Source of the DNA: a virus
Taxonomy: Duplodnaviria > Heunggongvirae > Uroviricota > Caudoviricetes
Length of the DNA stretch: 47,882 nucleotides
Virus record (IMG/VR): IMGVR_UViG_2897375277_000002
Direction: 5' to 3' (one strand)
This document shows, one piece after another, positions 20,189 through 33,605 of this stretch. The translations under genes and the position numbers were made by a program. How positions within the stretch are numbered: the first letter of the stretch is position 1; every line of letters begins with the position of its first letter. The notes beneath the pieces are model-generated. The model had not been told where the DNA came from. It was given only the letters and a program-made list of their open reading frames with translations, and ran no database searches.

Positions 20189-20584
20189 TTACACTGGTGT
20201 GTTCAGCAAATCGTTAACGGCATCAGATGCCGGGTTACCTGCAGCCAGCGGTGCCGGTGCCCCCTGCATCAGACGATCCAGCGCAGTGTCACTGCGCGCC
20301 TGTGCACTCTGTGGTGCTGCGGCCAGAATACGGCGGGCCGTTTCCACGGTCATACCGGGGGTTTCGGCCAGCACGCATGCCTGTTCTTCGCGTCCGTGAG
20401 CCTCCTCACAGTTGAGGATCCCCATAATGCGACTGTTTTCTGCCGCAACCGCTGCGGTGATCTGCGCGTTCACGTCCGGCTGCGCAGCGCTGGCGTTCTC
20501 GCCCTCCGTCGCTTGCACCACGCCAGTAACGTCAGCCTGCGAAGCAGTGGCTGAAACAGTTGTTGATTGAGTCTCTTTGGTCAT
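20189..20584 (-). CDS. Nu3: scaffolding protein Nu3 (in-frame internal start within C)
   Basis: Internal ATG giving MTKETQSTTVSATASQADV... 131 aa, co-terminal with C, as in lambda. Confidence 0.8.
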   Translation of the reverse strand: MTKETQSTTVSATASQADVTGVVQATEGENASAAQPDVNAQITAAVAAENSRIMGILNCEEAHGREEQACVLAETPGMTVETARRILAAAPQSAQARSDTALDRLMQGAPAPLAAGNPASDAVNDLLNTPV

Positions 20585-21488
20585 TCGCCCTCCTGAGAGA
20601 CGGGATTTACGTGCATCCAGTGCATCACGCATGACGGTGATCGCATCGGTACTGTTCACAAGTTCATCAGCCAGTCCGGCATCAATGGCCTCCTGACCGC
20701 TGTACACTGCAGCCTCGGTATCCAGCACAGCCTGCACGGACAGGCCGGTATATGCCGACACCTTCTGTGCAAACATCCGGCGGGTTGCATCCATCCGGGA
20801 CTGCAGTGTTTCCCGGACATCATCCGGTAGATGGCTGTAGGGGTTGCCATCCACCTTATGGCTGCCGCTGTAAATCAGCGTGATTTCCACGCCCTGTTTC
20901 TCCAGCGCAGCACCGTAATTACTGTGAGCCATCATGACGCCGATGGAGCCTGTCCGGGCGGTCTGCGTGACCAGACGCCGGGAGGCGGCGCTGGCAAGCA
21001 GCTGACCTGCACTGCAGTTCATGTCGTTGGCCAGCGCCCATACCGGTTTTATGTCTCGCACACGGGCGATGATGTCAGCACAGTCAAATGCTCCCGCCAC
21101 CATCCCGCCCGGTGTGTCCATATCCAGCAGAATGCCGTCCACCATCGGATCGCTGGCAGCCTGTTGCAGACGGGCGATAATGCCGTTGTAACCGGTCATT
21201 CCCGAATACGGCTGCAGCGCCCGCGTCCGGCTGACCAGCGTACCGGACACCGGCAGCACGGCGATGCCGTTCATAACCTGATAACTGCGGGCCTGTCGTG
21301 GTCCGTCATCATCACCGGATAACGCCAGCGCCGCGGGTGCCTCTCCGGCAGTCAGGCTGTCGCCGGATACTGCATCCGTCAGGCGGCTGATCCCAAGCTG
21401 GCCTGCAAGCGCACAAAAGAAAACCCGCGCATAGGCGGGTTCAAGCATCAGCGGCTCATTAAAAGCCATGCTGGCAATATGCGGGAGA

Positions 21489-21508
<20 letters not shown>
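20189..21508 (-). CDS. C: capsid assembly protease C (S49 family)
   Basis: GTG start at 21508 (VTAELRNLPHIASMAFNEPLM...) gives 439 aa as in lambda gpC; overlaps B by 20 nt. Confidence 0.9.
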
Positions 21509-25189
<3,681 letters not shown>

Positions 25190-25215
<26 letters not shown>

Positions 25216-25735
25216 TCAGCAACCCCGGTATCAGTTCATCCAGCGCGGCTGCTTTGTTCATGGCTTTGATGATATCCCGTTTCAGGAAATCAACATGTCG
25301 GTTTTCCAGTTCCGGAAAACGCCGCTGCACCGACAGGGGGATCCCGTCGAGAATACTGGCAATTTCACCTGCGATCCGCGACAGCACGAAAGTACAGAAT
25401 GCGGTTTCCACCACTTCAGCGGAGTCTCTGGCATTTTTCAGCTCCTGTGCGTCGGCCTGCGCACGCGTAAGTCGATGGCGTTCGTACTCAATAGTCCCTG
25501 GCTGCAGATCTGTCTCGCTGGCCTGCCGCAGTTCTTCAACCTCCCGGCGCAGCTTTTCGTTCTCAATTTCAGCATCCCTTTCGGCATACCATTTTATGAC
25601 GGCGGCAGAGTCATAAAGCACCTCATTACCCTTCCCACCGCCTCGCAGAACGGGCATTCCCTGCTCCTGCCAGTTCTGAATGGTACGGATACTCGCACCG
25701 AAAATGTCAGCCAGCTGCTTTTTGTTGACTTCCAT
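25190..25735 (-). CDS. Nu1: terminase small subunit Nu1
   Basis: 181-aa ORF MEVNKKQLADIFGASIRTIQNWQEQGMPV... matching lambda Nu1; ATG confirmed. Confidence 0.95.
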
Positions 25736-25912
25736 TGTTCATTCCACGGACAAAAACAGAGAAAGGAAACGACAGAGGCCAAAAAGCCCGTTTTCAGCAC
25801 CTGTCGTTTCCTTTCTTTTCAGGGGGTGTTTTAAATAAAAACATTAAGTTACGGCGAAGAAGAACGGAAACGCCTTAAACCGGAAAATTTTCATAAATAG
25901 CGAAAACCCGCG

Positions 25913-25924
25913 AGGTCGCCGCCC
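25913..25924. other. cosN cohesive-end sequence (12 nt; GGGCGGCGACCT on minus strand)
   Basis: aggtcgccgccc on + strand is the reverse complement of the lambda 12-nt cohesive end; about 180 nt upstream of Nu1, with lambda right-end-like sequence on the other side. Confidence 0.85.
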
Positions 25925-26123
25925 CGTAACCTGTCGGATCGCCGGAAAGGACCCGCAAAATGATAATAATTATCATCTACATGTCACAACGTGCATCTAC
26001 GCCATCAAACCACGTCAAATAATCAATTATGACGCAGGTATCGTATTAATTGATCTGCATCAACTTAACGTAAAAACAACTTCAGACAATACAAATCAGC
26101 GACACTGAATACGGGGCAACCTC

Positions 26124-26318
26124 ATGTCAACGAAGAACAGAACCCGCAGAACAACAACCCGCAACATCCGCTTTCCTAACCAAATGATTGAACAAATTAA
26201 CATCGCTCTTGAGCATAAAGGGTCCGGGAATTTCTCAGCCTGGGTCATTGAAGCCTGCCGTCGGAGACTAACGTCAGAAAAGAGAGCATATACATCAATC
26301 AAAAGTGATGATGGATGA
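26124..26318 (+). CDS. small ribbon-helix-helix-like DNA-binding protein (lambda right-end ORF)
   Basis: 64-aa ORF MSTKNRTRRTTTRNIRFPNQMIEQINIALEHKGSGNFSAWVIEACRRRL...; RHH-like pattern; corresponds to the small ORF at the lambda right end as recalled. Confidence 0.6.
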   Translation: MSTKNRTRRTTTRNIRFPNQMIEQINIALEHKGSGNFSAWVIEACRRRLTSEKRAYTSIKSDDG

Positions 26319-26505
26319 ACATCCCGGTTTCTTCCACCATCGCACCGGAAAAGCGACTATGAGGGTAACCCTGCGTCTGTCAGCACAGTAAAACCCGGTG
26401 TGCATCGTTTTTGATTATTCCCGCACACTCACGCATAAGGAATTCCCCGTCGGGCTACGGTCATGGTTAATGCGGGAATACAGCGACGATACTGCGCATG
26501 ATGTG

Positions 26506-27054
26506 TCAGACTTGAATACCCTTATCGAATCCCGGTAATAAAAACTGTCCCTGTCTCTCCAGGCGTTTCAGCTTTGCAAGCAATTGAGGTTTTTTCGTTC
26601 TTCCCCAGCGATTGAGCAGCCGGCCAGACATACTGGCGACATCCTTCTCTTTCATATACTCCAGCATTATGGCGTTGCGTTCTGCTTCATAACTTTCGCT
26701 GTACTTACGGAGTTCTGCTGACATCCAGTTAAAGGCATTTATATAGGCCTCTTTAACGGCGTCGGCTTTTGCGCCATTAAATCCCATGACCAGCATAACG
26801 AAGCCACTAAAGTCCATGCGGTAGTAAATCTGTTTCTTGTCGAAAATCCCTAAGTCATTGATTTTTTCGGCAACGCAAAAATGCGCGCTCCGGAAATCTT
26901 CAGAGCAATGACAATTTTTCAGCGCCCTCAATACGTCCGCGTGACGCTTACCAAAAGCCTTTGCGATCTGGAAGGTGTCAGTTACCGGTTGACCTTCTGC
27001 TGCGGTAACTAACTGGCGAAAGTCAAAGTCATGATTCACAATTAATTCATTCAT
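26506..27054 (-). CDS. Rha-family phage regulatory protein
   Basis: Start set at MNELIVNHDFDFRQLVTAAEGQPVTDTFQIAKAFGKRHADVLRAL..., the typical Rha N-terminal signature; ORF track extends 23 codons upstream. Confidence 0.65.
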   Translation of the reverse strand: MNELIVNHDFDFRQLVTAAEGQPVTDTFQIAKAFGKRHADVLRALKNCHCSEDFRSAHFCVAEKINDLGIFDKKQIYYRMDFSGFVMLVMGFNGAKADAVKEAYINAFNWMSAELRKYSESYEAERNAIMLEYMKEKDVASMSGRLLNRWGRTKKPQLLAKLKRLERQGQFLLPGFDKGIQV

Positions 27055-27186
27055 GGCGTTACCTGCTACTTCGAAATGAACCTTTGCCGCACAGGAAACC
27101 AGCCCACCGAGGCTCGCCAGCACTAACTGGTATCCTCAAAGGCCCATTCCAAAGGGTCAGGTTCGGTGGTTATTGTGCGCTGCGGT

Positions 27187-27210
27187 GCGCGGTGAAATAC
27201 CTATACAAAA
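27187..27210 (-). terminator. possible weak intrinsic terminator downstream of Rz
   Basis: Minus strand GCCTCGC-AGAT-GCGGGGC (one G:U pair) followed by GTTTTTGT; uncertain because late transcripts are expected to continue toward cos. Confidence 0.3.
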
Positions 27211-27272
27211 ACGCCCCGCATCTGCGAGGCATTTTCCTGAAAGTCACTTGTTAAATTTCAGTGAAATTAAAA

Positions 27273-27710
27273 TTATTTTAAGCACTGCGTCCTAATGTAC
27301 TCCTGCAAGTAGTTAACCTGCGCGGTTATCCTGTCGATTCCACTTCGGAGACGGTAATAATTGAGTTCAGCATCTGCTGTAAGTCTTGGGCTTTCTCCAT
27401 CGCCCATGCCGCTGGCTCCGGTCTTTGACTTTGCACAGGAGGCGGCGACTTGCAGCCGCTTACGCCCAGCAGAAACATCATCACGGAGACTTTCGATAGT
27501 CGCGTTAGCATCAGCAAGCTCCTTTGTATATCTGGCATCGAGTTCTGCTACATCACGTTGACGCTTCTGCATATCAGCGATGATGGATGTGGCTTTATCG
27601 CGCTGGTCTTTGTAGGCGATGGCGTTATCACGGTAATGATTAACAGCCCATGACAGGCAGACGATGATGCAGATAACCAGAACGGAGATAATCGCGGTTA
27701 CCCTGCTCAT
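27273..27710 (-). CDS. Rz: spanin inner-membrane subunit Rz (i-spanin)
   Basis: [31 protein letters not shown]... N-terminal TM anchor plus coiled coil; immediately downstream of the endolysin with a 4-nt overlap. Confidence 0.85.
   Translation of the reverse strand: MSRVTAIISVLVICIIVCLSWAVNHYRDNAIAYKDQRDKATSIIADMQKRQRDVAELDARYTKELADANATIESLRDDVSAGRKRLQVAASCAKSKTGASGMGDGESPRLTADAELNYYRLRSGIDRITAQVNYLQEYIRTQCLK
27326..27511 (-). CDS. Rz1: spanin outer-membrane lipoprotein Rz1 (o-spanin), embedded in Rz in the +1 frame
   Basis: [36 protein letters not shown]...: lipobox (LLGVSG-C) and Pro-rich mature region, wholly inside Rz. Confidence 0.75.
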   Translation of the reverse strand: MLTRLSKVSVMMFLLGVSGCKSPPPVQSQRPEPAAWAMEKAQDLQQMLNSIITVSEVESTG

Positions 27711-28204
27711 TGTTGCCCCCACAAACAGACCTCACGCTCAATCTCACGACGAGTCATCAGGCCTTTCCATTGCTTACCGCCAGCGTATGTCCAGCGACGT
27801 AGCTGGTCACATGCGCCCTTGATATCGCCCTGGTTTATTTTGCGAAGAAGAGTAGATGCTCTGAAATTGCCTGCGCCCACGTTATAGACGAACGAGTAAA
27901 GAGCGCCGCGCGTTGTTTCCGGTATATCGACTTTGATGTACGGGTTAATTTGTCTGGCGACAGTGGCAAGGTCTTTATTCAGGAGGGCTTTGCATTCTGC
28001 TTCGGTATACGTTTTACCGAGCATAATGTCTTTTCCGGTGTGCCCGTAACATACAGTCCATACGCCAACGATATCTTTATATGGTATGTAGCTGACACCT
28101 TCCAGACCATCGTCACCACTCGGACCGGTGATAAGCACAGACGCTATGGCAACAGCCCCACCACCAATAGCAGCTGCAACAGCCTTGCGTAATGATGGCG
28201 ACAT
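27707..28204 (-). CDS. R: SAR endolysin (phage-21-type lysozyme R)
   Basis: 165-aa [33 protein letters not shown]... with weakly hydrophobic Gly/Ala-rich N-terminal SAR domain; matches phage 21 R as recalled. Confidence 0.85.
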   Translation of the reverse strand: MSPSLRKAVAAAIGGGAVAIASVLITGPSGDDGLEGVSYIPYKDIVGVWTVCYGHTGKDIMLGKTYTEAECKALLNKDLATVARQINPYIKVDIPETTRGALYSFVYNVGAGNFRASTLLRKINQGDIKGACDQLRRWTYAGGKQWKGLMTRREIEREVCLWGQQ

Positions 28205-28419
28205 TATTCACCTCTCGCAGCCTTACGCTTGTCTTCTCTGATTTTGAAGTACAGATTTGTCAGATAAGTCAGGAAGCCCAGAACCAGACTTCCCAGCACA
28301 CCAATAGCAGCCCACTGTGATGGACTGACCTGATCAAGCCACTGTAAAAACCAGTAGCCAGCACTGCCTGCGGAGGTGCCGTAGGCAATGCCCGTTGTTA
28401 ACTTGTCCATGGATTTCAT
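28204..28419 (-). CDS. S: pinholin S (phage-21-type, dual-start motif)
   Basis: Start set at [71 protein letters not shown] (71 aa; Met1 and Met4 dual starts); ORF track extends 30 codons upstream. Confidence 0.85.
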   Translation of the reverse strand: MKSMDKLTTGIAYGTSAGSAGYWFLQWLDQVSPSQWAAIGVLGSLVLGFLTYLTNLYFKIREDKRKAARGE

Positions 28420-28608
28420 AGCCTCACCTCCGCAAATAACGGATGGTGTACACGGTTCGGAACGAAGAGGGAAAGGTATAGAAGTTACATTAGCGTAAGG
28501 CTTGAACATCTATTCAAAAAGAAAAACGCCAGCGATTATTCTGGCGTAGCTGAAAGCATCATACAATTATCAAATACGAAAATTAGAAAATCATTAAAAC
28601 GCATCACG

Positions 28609-29340
28609 TTACATCATTTCTTTTTCTAAAAAAAATCTTGATGAATATTGATGGGGAGGAACACCAAAATATCTTCTGAAAACACTTACAAAATATGACG
28701 TGTTTTCATAACCGCATATCTCAGCAACTTTTCCAACAGAATATAAATTGTAGCTTAATAACCTTTCCGCCATCACCATTCGCTCTTCAAGAATTAATTT
28801 ACTAAATGATAAGCCTTCGTGCTTTAATTTTCTTTTTAACAGGCTTTCACTCAGATACAGCCTTGAAGATATATCACAAAGTCTCCATGCTGCAGATATA
28901 TCCGTGTGAATAATAGCCTTAACTTTACTTCCTAAACTATTAAGACATCCAAATAAAAAACTTTGCACTATTTTCTCTGAAGATAAGATAGCAAGACATG
29001 CAAGTGATATTTGATTTCTAACAACATCCACAGTTCTGCCATCACAATTCAAGCATGCAATCAAGTTCTTTAACAATGAAAAATCTTCACATTCCACCAT
29101 CAAGTATGCCGGATAAAACCTTCTTACAGAAAAAGGTGAGAGTGTGTTGCTTTTAAAGAAATCATTAACTGTTTTCTCTTCAACATCTACGATCATTACA
29201 TGATCTATATTTGATGAAAAAAAATCTTTTAAATTGTAATCAATGAGAACAGCACTTCCTTTTTTAAACAAAATATCTTCTTTACCAATTCGGACATCAA
29301 ACGAGTTCAACACCAAAATGATAGAACATATGTATGGCAT
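28609..29340 (-). CDS. AraC/XylS-family transcriptional regulator (cargo)
   Basis: C-terminal AraC-type HTH (VGKVAEICGYENTSYFVSVFRRYFGVPPHQY); ATG at 29340 preceded by AGGTGG; visibly AT-rich coding sequence; ORF track start is 29349 (GTG). Confidence 0.75.
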   Translation of the reverse strand: MPYICSIILVLNSFDVRIGKEDILFKKGSAVLIDYNLKDFFSSNIDHVMIVDVEEKTVNDFFKSNTLSPFSVRRFYPAYLMVECEDFSLLKNLIACLNCDGRTVDVVRNQISLACLAILSSEKIVQSFLFGCLNSLGSKVKAIIHTDISAAWRLCDISSRLYLSESLLKRKLKHEGLSFSKLILEERMVMAERLLSYNLYSVGKVAEICGYENTSYFVSVFRRYFGVPPHQYSSRFFLEKEMM

Positions 29341-29691
29341 ATTATCCACCTGATATCATTGGGGTTACACCAGGTAAGTATAGGTGGAAAATCAATATTC
29401 GCCAGTTCAACAATAAGGAAAATCTCATTGCATCACAAGTATAAAATCATGTATTTAACTCACAAAAACAAATTATTAAACTAATCTGTTATATTATATA
29501 TAGCTGCGTGGAATCATAATATTATATATTTTGACTGACATGTTTACCAAATTTAAATTGCATCTCAATGGTTTGTTCAGCGTAAACAGAGTTTTTATAC
29601 AAACTGACACTCTGGGTATCATAGTGTAGTTTTTACGATTGTAAATATCCTGCATGCAGGAACTCATCCTTTTGGATGATATCGCATACAA

Positions 29692-30651
29692 TTAATTTAC
29701 CATCAGTCTTAGAGCCAGTTCGTCCGGATAGGGATCGAAGTAATTCTGTGTAAGCAAGTAATCATTAGGATACTCACCCAGATAATGCTTCAGCAGAGTC
29801 AACGGCGCAAGAAGAGGTAATGTGCCAGAACGATAGTTAAGTATAACCTCGCTCAACTCTTTACGCTGGCGTGTACTTAAGTAGTTACTAAAATACCCCT
29901 GTATATGCATCAGCACATTCGTGTGATTTTTACGTGATGCAGGTTTTCTGAGAATCGCCATCAGCTTATCACGATACACCTCAAAGTATGATTCAAGGTC
30001 CGCCCACTCGTGTATTGCAGCCACAAATGGTCCCATATCTTTATAGCCTGCCTGACTATGCGCCAACAACTGAAGCTTATAACGACTATGAAAAGCTAAT
30101 AACTCTCTTCTTGATAATTTCTCCTTGTAAAGGTGATTGAGCTCATGCAAAGCAAAAACTCTTTCAACAAAATTCTCACGAAGCACTGGATCATGTAATC
30201 GCCCATCCTCTTCAACCGGTAGCCAGGAAAACTTTTCCATCAAAGTGCTCGTAAATAGTCCCACTCCATCTTTACGACCTCGATTACCATTTTCATCATA
30301 GACACGCACGCGCTCCATGCCACAGCTGGGAGATTTAGCACAAACCACAAACCCCGATACATCCTTTAATTTGTCCATATAAGAACGACTAAACTCTGTC
30401 ATTCTCTCTGTCACATCCTCATTCTGGTCGTGGCTGAAACACATCCGTATATTTCCTTGCGTCGAGCGCACAAGACGTAGAGCAGGACGCGGAACTGGCA
30501 GCCCTATAGCCATTTCCGGACATACTGGTCTGAATGTTACCCATTCCACTAATTTGTCCATTAAAAAGTCAGCTCTTTTGTGACCACCATCAAAACGAAC
30601 AGCAGAACCGGCCAAACAACCGCTGATTCCAATCACAGGTTTTTTTATCAT
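29692..30651 (-). CDS. DUF523/DUF1722-like fusion protein (YbgA-like C-terminus; function unknown)
   Basis: 319-aa ORF MIKKPVIGISGCLAGSAVRFDGGHKR...; N-terminus resembles DUF523 (TudS-like Cys-containing) proteins, C-terminal half YbgA-like; strong SD (GGGGAGAAT) before ATG. Family assignment from memory only. Confidence 0.55.
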   Translation of the reverse strand: MIKKPVIGISGCLAGSAVRFDGGHKRADFLMDKLVEWVTFRPVCPEMAIGLPVPRPALRLVRSTQGNIRMCFSHDQNEDVTERMTEFSRSYMDKLKDVSGFVVCAKSPSCGMERVRVYDENGNRGRKDGVGLFTSTLMEKFSWLPVEEDGRLHDPVLRENFVERVFALHELNHLYKEKLSRRELLAFHSRYKLQLLAHSQAGYKDMGPFVAAIHEWADLESYFEVYRDKLMAILRKPASRKNHTNVLMHIQGYFSNYLSTRQRKELSEVILNYRSGTLPLLAPLTLLKHYLGEYPNDYLLTQNYFDPYPDELALRLMVN

Positions 30652-30843
30652 ATTCTCCCCCTTGACTAATTCATTAACACATAAACTGTGTAGTGCACGG
30701 AATAAATTGCCTTTCTGGCGTCATCACTGACAATTTTTCTGTTATGGACTATTCCTAATATAGTATGAAAGTTCTTTAAGTGATCGGTCGTAATCATCTA
30801 TCTTTCATACTTACTCTCAACTATCAAAAGTACAGGATTTATT

Positions 30844-31368
30844 ATGAAGTTATGGCCTGTGTTGACTGGCATTGCACTCTCTTTCACTCTTATAGCATGT
30901 AAGGCCCCGACACCACCTAAAGGTGTGCAGCCGATTACAAATTTTGACGCCAACCGCTACCTCGGAAAATGGTATGAAATAGCTCGCCTCGAGAACCGGT
31001 TCGAACGTGGTCTGGAACAGGTCAGCGCTACCTATGGAAAACGGAACGACGGAGGGATTCGTGTACTTAACCGTGGATACGATCCAACGAAAAATAAATG
31101 GAGCGAGAGCGAAGGTAAAGCATACTTTACTGGAGATACTAAAACTGCAGCGTTGAAGGTTTCGTTTTTTGGCCCCTTCTATGGTGGCTATAATGTAATC
31201 AAACTGGATGATGAGTATAAGTATGCTCTTGTCAGTGGTCCGAACAGAGAATACCTATGGATTCTGGCAAGGACCCCAACTATTCCAGATAAAGTAAAAG
31301 CAGACTATGTGCGAACCGCTCAAAAGTTGGGATTCAATGTCAATGAATTATTATGGGTTAAACAATAA
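30844..31368 (+). CDS. bacterial lipocalin (Blc-like outer-membrane lipoprotein)
   Basis: 174-aa ORF with lipoprotein signal (LIAC lipobox) and lipocalin motifs (NFDANRYLGKWYEIARLENRFERG; KVSFFGPFYGGYNVI); oriented opposite to late transcription. Confidence 0.8.
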   Translation: MKLWPVLTGIALSFTLIACKAPTPPKGVQPITNFDANRYLGKWYEIARLENRFERGLEQVSATYGKRNDGGIRVLNRGYDPTKNKWSESEGKAYFTGDTKTAALKVSFFGPFYGGYNVIKLDDEYKYALVSGPNREYLWILARTPTIPDKVKADYVRTAQKLGFNVNELLWVKQ

Positions 31369-31396
31369 AATCCCTACCCGAAATAATACTTATTAG

Positions 31397-31423
31397 AAAA
31401 AAACCAGCCTTTGGGGAGGCTGG
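31397..31423 (-). terminator. intrinsic terminator downstream of Q (tR'-like)
   Basis: Minus strand CCAGCCT-CCCCAA-AGGCTGG followed by TTTTTTT; about 100 nt downstream of the Q stop, where lambda has PR'/6S RNA/tR'. Confidence 0.6.
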
Positions 31424-31523
31424 CTAAATCAGGAAACAAGCTGTTATATGATAATAACTACGTTGCGATTCCAACATTTAAAATGTTAGACTAATGAGAA
31501 TCAGACAGCAACTTTTCCTTTAA
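31424..31523 (-). promoter_or_regulatory. expected late promoter PR' / Q-utilisation region (not resolved to motifs)
   Basis: Position between Q stop and the tR'-like terminator; AT-rich; -35/-10 not confidently assigned. Confidence 0.35.
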
Positions 31524-31901
31524 TTATTTCGAACAATCAGCATCCATCTCCAATCGGAGATCCAACACCATCAGCATACCCTCCACTACGCCCTCAGCTT
31601 TCTGGAGCATCCTGCCAACCCAACAATCAGATCGCCCATGCTTACGTGCAAGCGCCATAAAAGTCATGCCGCCGACATAATAGTCCACCAATAAATCATG
31701 CAAATCGCTGTTGTTCTTTTTCAGACGGGCCATGCACCCGCAAATGATCATCGCGTCATCGTCACAACATTGCGGGCGAGATTTTACTTTTGAAGGAATT
31801 AATCCCTTAAAACCGGCGGCAATGGACGACCAGGTCACATCTTCATGATTATTAGCCGCCCACGCTCCCCAACGCTCAAGAACCATCTGAATATCACGCA
31901 T
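31524..31901 (-). CDS. Q: late-gene antiterminator Q (DLP12 QuuD / phage-82-type)
   Basis: Start set at [56 protein letters not shown]... matching DLP12 QuuD as recalled; ORF track extends 5 codons upstream. Confidence 0.85.
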   Translation of the reverse strand: MRDIQMVLERWGAWAANNHEDVTWSSIAAGFKGLIPSKVKSRPQCCDDDAMIICGCMARLKKNNSDLHDLLVDYYVGGMTFMALARKHGRSDCWVGRMLQKAEGVVEGMLMVLDLRLEMDADCSK

Positions 31902-31986
31902 CAACTTACTCCACAAAACTCAGACCAGAACGCCAATTACAAGCAAAAATCAACAAAACAGTATTAGTTGATTGTTATCTCTGACT

Positions 31987-32127
31987 TCATACTCCTGCTC
32001 CTGTCAGTGTTTTGGCGTAATTCTTCAGTATTCGGTAATCGGTCAAAACAGAGCCGGGGAAACGATATAAGCGCAGACGCCCCCAGCGGTGGCGAAGAAG
32101 TTCTGCCATATTAAACTCAAACATCAT
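31987..32127 (-). CDS. ylcG: small protein YlcG-like (46 aa)
   Basis: Unlisted small [49 protein letters not shown]; its ATG overlaps the rusA stop (ATGA); lies between rusA and Q as in DLP12. Confidence 0.5.
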   Translation of the reverse strand: MMFEFNMAELLRHRWGRLRLYRFPGSVLTDYRILKNYAKTLTGAGV

Positions 32128-32486
32128 TCATTCCCCATTTCGGTGATGGTCAGTTCCAGCCTCCCACCTTTGGTAACAGGCATCTTCACAACGCGGTAAT
32201 CAACGACCTGAGCATCATCCAGCCAGAAACCTGCTTTAGTGAGTGCGTCAAAAGCGGCTTTTTGCAGATTATCCAGGTCACGGCTACGGCGATCCGGCAT
32301 GTGGCACTCAATGCGGATTTTCACAGGCATAGCCAGGCCGATATCCAGCATTGCGTTTTTAATGATTCGGGCGACGTTATCGCGGTATGCCTGCCCCTCT
32401 GCACTGACGTGCGTGCGCCCGCGATTATGGCGGTAATAGCGATTATTGCTCGGAGGCCAGGGTAATGTGATACTGTAGGTATTCAC
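32124..32486 (-). CDS. rusA: Holliday junction resolvase RusA
   Basis: 120-aa [33 protein letters not shown]... matching E. coli RusA; start codon here is GTG. Confidence 0.9.
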   Translation of the reverse strand: MNTYSITLPWPPSNNRYYRHNRGRTHVSAEGQAYRDNVARIIKNAMLDIGLAMPVKIRIECHMPDRRSRDLDNLQKAAFDALTKAGFWLDDAQVVDYRVVKMPVTKGGRLELTITEMGNE

Positions 32487-32773
32487 GCCTTAATAACCCC
32501 CTCTTTCAGCCAGATAACCTGTGTTCTCGCCATACCTTCCAGCGCGCATTCTTTTGCATATGCAGCATCGACAAAATGTGTGCGGCGGTCGATTTCGTCG
32601 TGGCAGGCAGAACATGCAATGGTGGCAATCAGGTCTGGCGGTTTGATACCGGTACCGCACAATCCAGCCAGCCGGATATGTGCCAGTACAGACGTTTCAG
32701 AATTGCCATTACATACGCCAGGGATTCTTACCAGGCATTCCCGACCACGCGCTGCTTTTCTCAAATCAGCCAT
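32483..32773 (-). CDS. ybcO: YbcO-like DUF1364 protein (putative nuclease)
   Basis: Start set at [24 protein letters not shown]... (96 aa) matching DLP12 YbcO; ORF track extends 13 codons upstream. Confidence 0.8.
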   Translation of the reverse strand: MADLRKAARGRECLVRIPGVCNGNSETSVLAHIRLAGLCGTGIKPPDLIATIACSACHDEIDRRTHFVDAAYAKECALEGMARTQVIWLKEGVIKA

Positions 32774-32936
32774 GATTCCTCCTTGCTGCCAGTCGCAACC
32801 ATTTTTTATCAACCAGGCTAGCGGTATATCCGAGCAGTGTTGGTATTTCGGATGGCTTCAGCTCAGGCTTACGCTTACGACGATTTGATACTCTGTAGAT
32901 GTGTCCGTTCATGACACGAATAAGCGGTGTAGCCAT
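32766..32936 (-). CDS. ninE: NinE-like protein (56 aa)
   Basis: Unlisted [59 protein letters not shown]; its ATG overlaps the ybcN stop (TAATG) and its stop overlaps the ybcO start. Confidence 0.6.
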   Translation of the reverse strand: MATPLIRVMNGHIYRVSNRRKRKPELKPSEIPTLLGYTASLVDKKWLRLAARRNHG

Positions 32937-33391
32937 TACGCCTCCTGCTTGTCGCGGAGCAGCTGGAACTCGCAGCTCTGCGGAATAGTCAGGTGGCAGC
33001 CAATATTCACCGCCCAGGCTTCAACCTTACACAGGAAGACATACATCTCTCCGGTATCAAGATCGGAGGTATGGCGTAACGACTGGATAGTGGTGATATC
33101 ACCGGTTACGACATCAACCAGGTCTTTGGTTTCATAACCGAGATATGTGTGTTTGAGAGCATCTTTTACCCAAGCTGGAGTGGCGAACGTTTTACCCCTG
33201 CTGATGAGGTATTCACTGATTTCGCTGTACCACATGTGGCTGAGTGCATTCTGGGAAAGACTGCGTTTCTCACGCCACGGTTTAAGCACCATGCGAAAGC
33301 ATTTGCCCTCCTCCAGATAAGGCTGGATCTGCCGACCGATAGCGGTGAAGTTGCCGCGATGTAATTTGATGCCGTCTTGTGAGAGGTTCAC
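32936..33391 (-). CDS. ybcN: YbcN-like DUF1367 protein
   Basis: 151-aa [41 protein letters not shown]... matching DLP12 YbcN; start codon GTG. Confidence 0.8.
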
Positions 33392-33605
33392 GCTTCACCT
33401 CCGCAGAGGTCAAACGCTAGATGCAAAGAATTGCAGGTGCATTTCTGCATCTGTGAAGGGAGAAGAGAGTTTGGATTGTATGTGCGCATAAACGTCCCCG
33501 TTTAGCGCAGAAGTCACCGGAGTTGTTCAGGCTCCGGTGACATAATTATGCCGTGTTGATTTCCCAAAATCAAAATCGATAGAATTGCTCCTTCTTAAAA
33601 CACTT

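Noticed and set aside
29494-29691. 65-aa ORF in the AT-rich spacer directly downstream of the DUF523/DUF1722-like gene
   Set aside because: No convincing RBS, very AT-rich, Ile/Asn/Lys-biased translation typical of random AT-rich frames; kept out of the feature list.
28510-31523. Looked for Shiga toxin (stxA/stxB) or tRNA genes in the Q-S interval
   Set aside because: No ORF with AB5-toxin features and no cloverleaf-like GC-rich 75-90-nt segment seen; the interval holds the three cargo genes instead.
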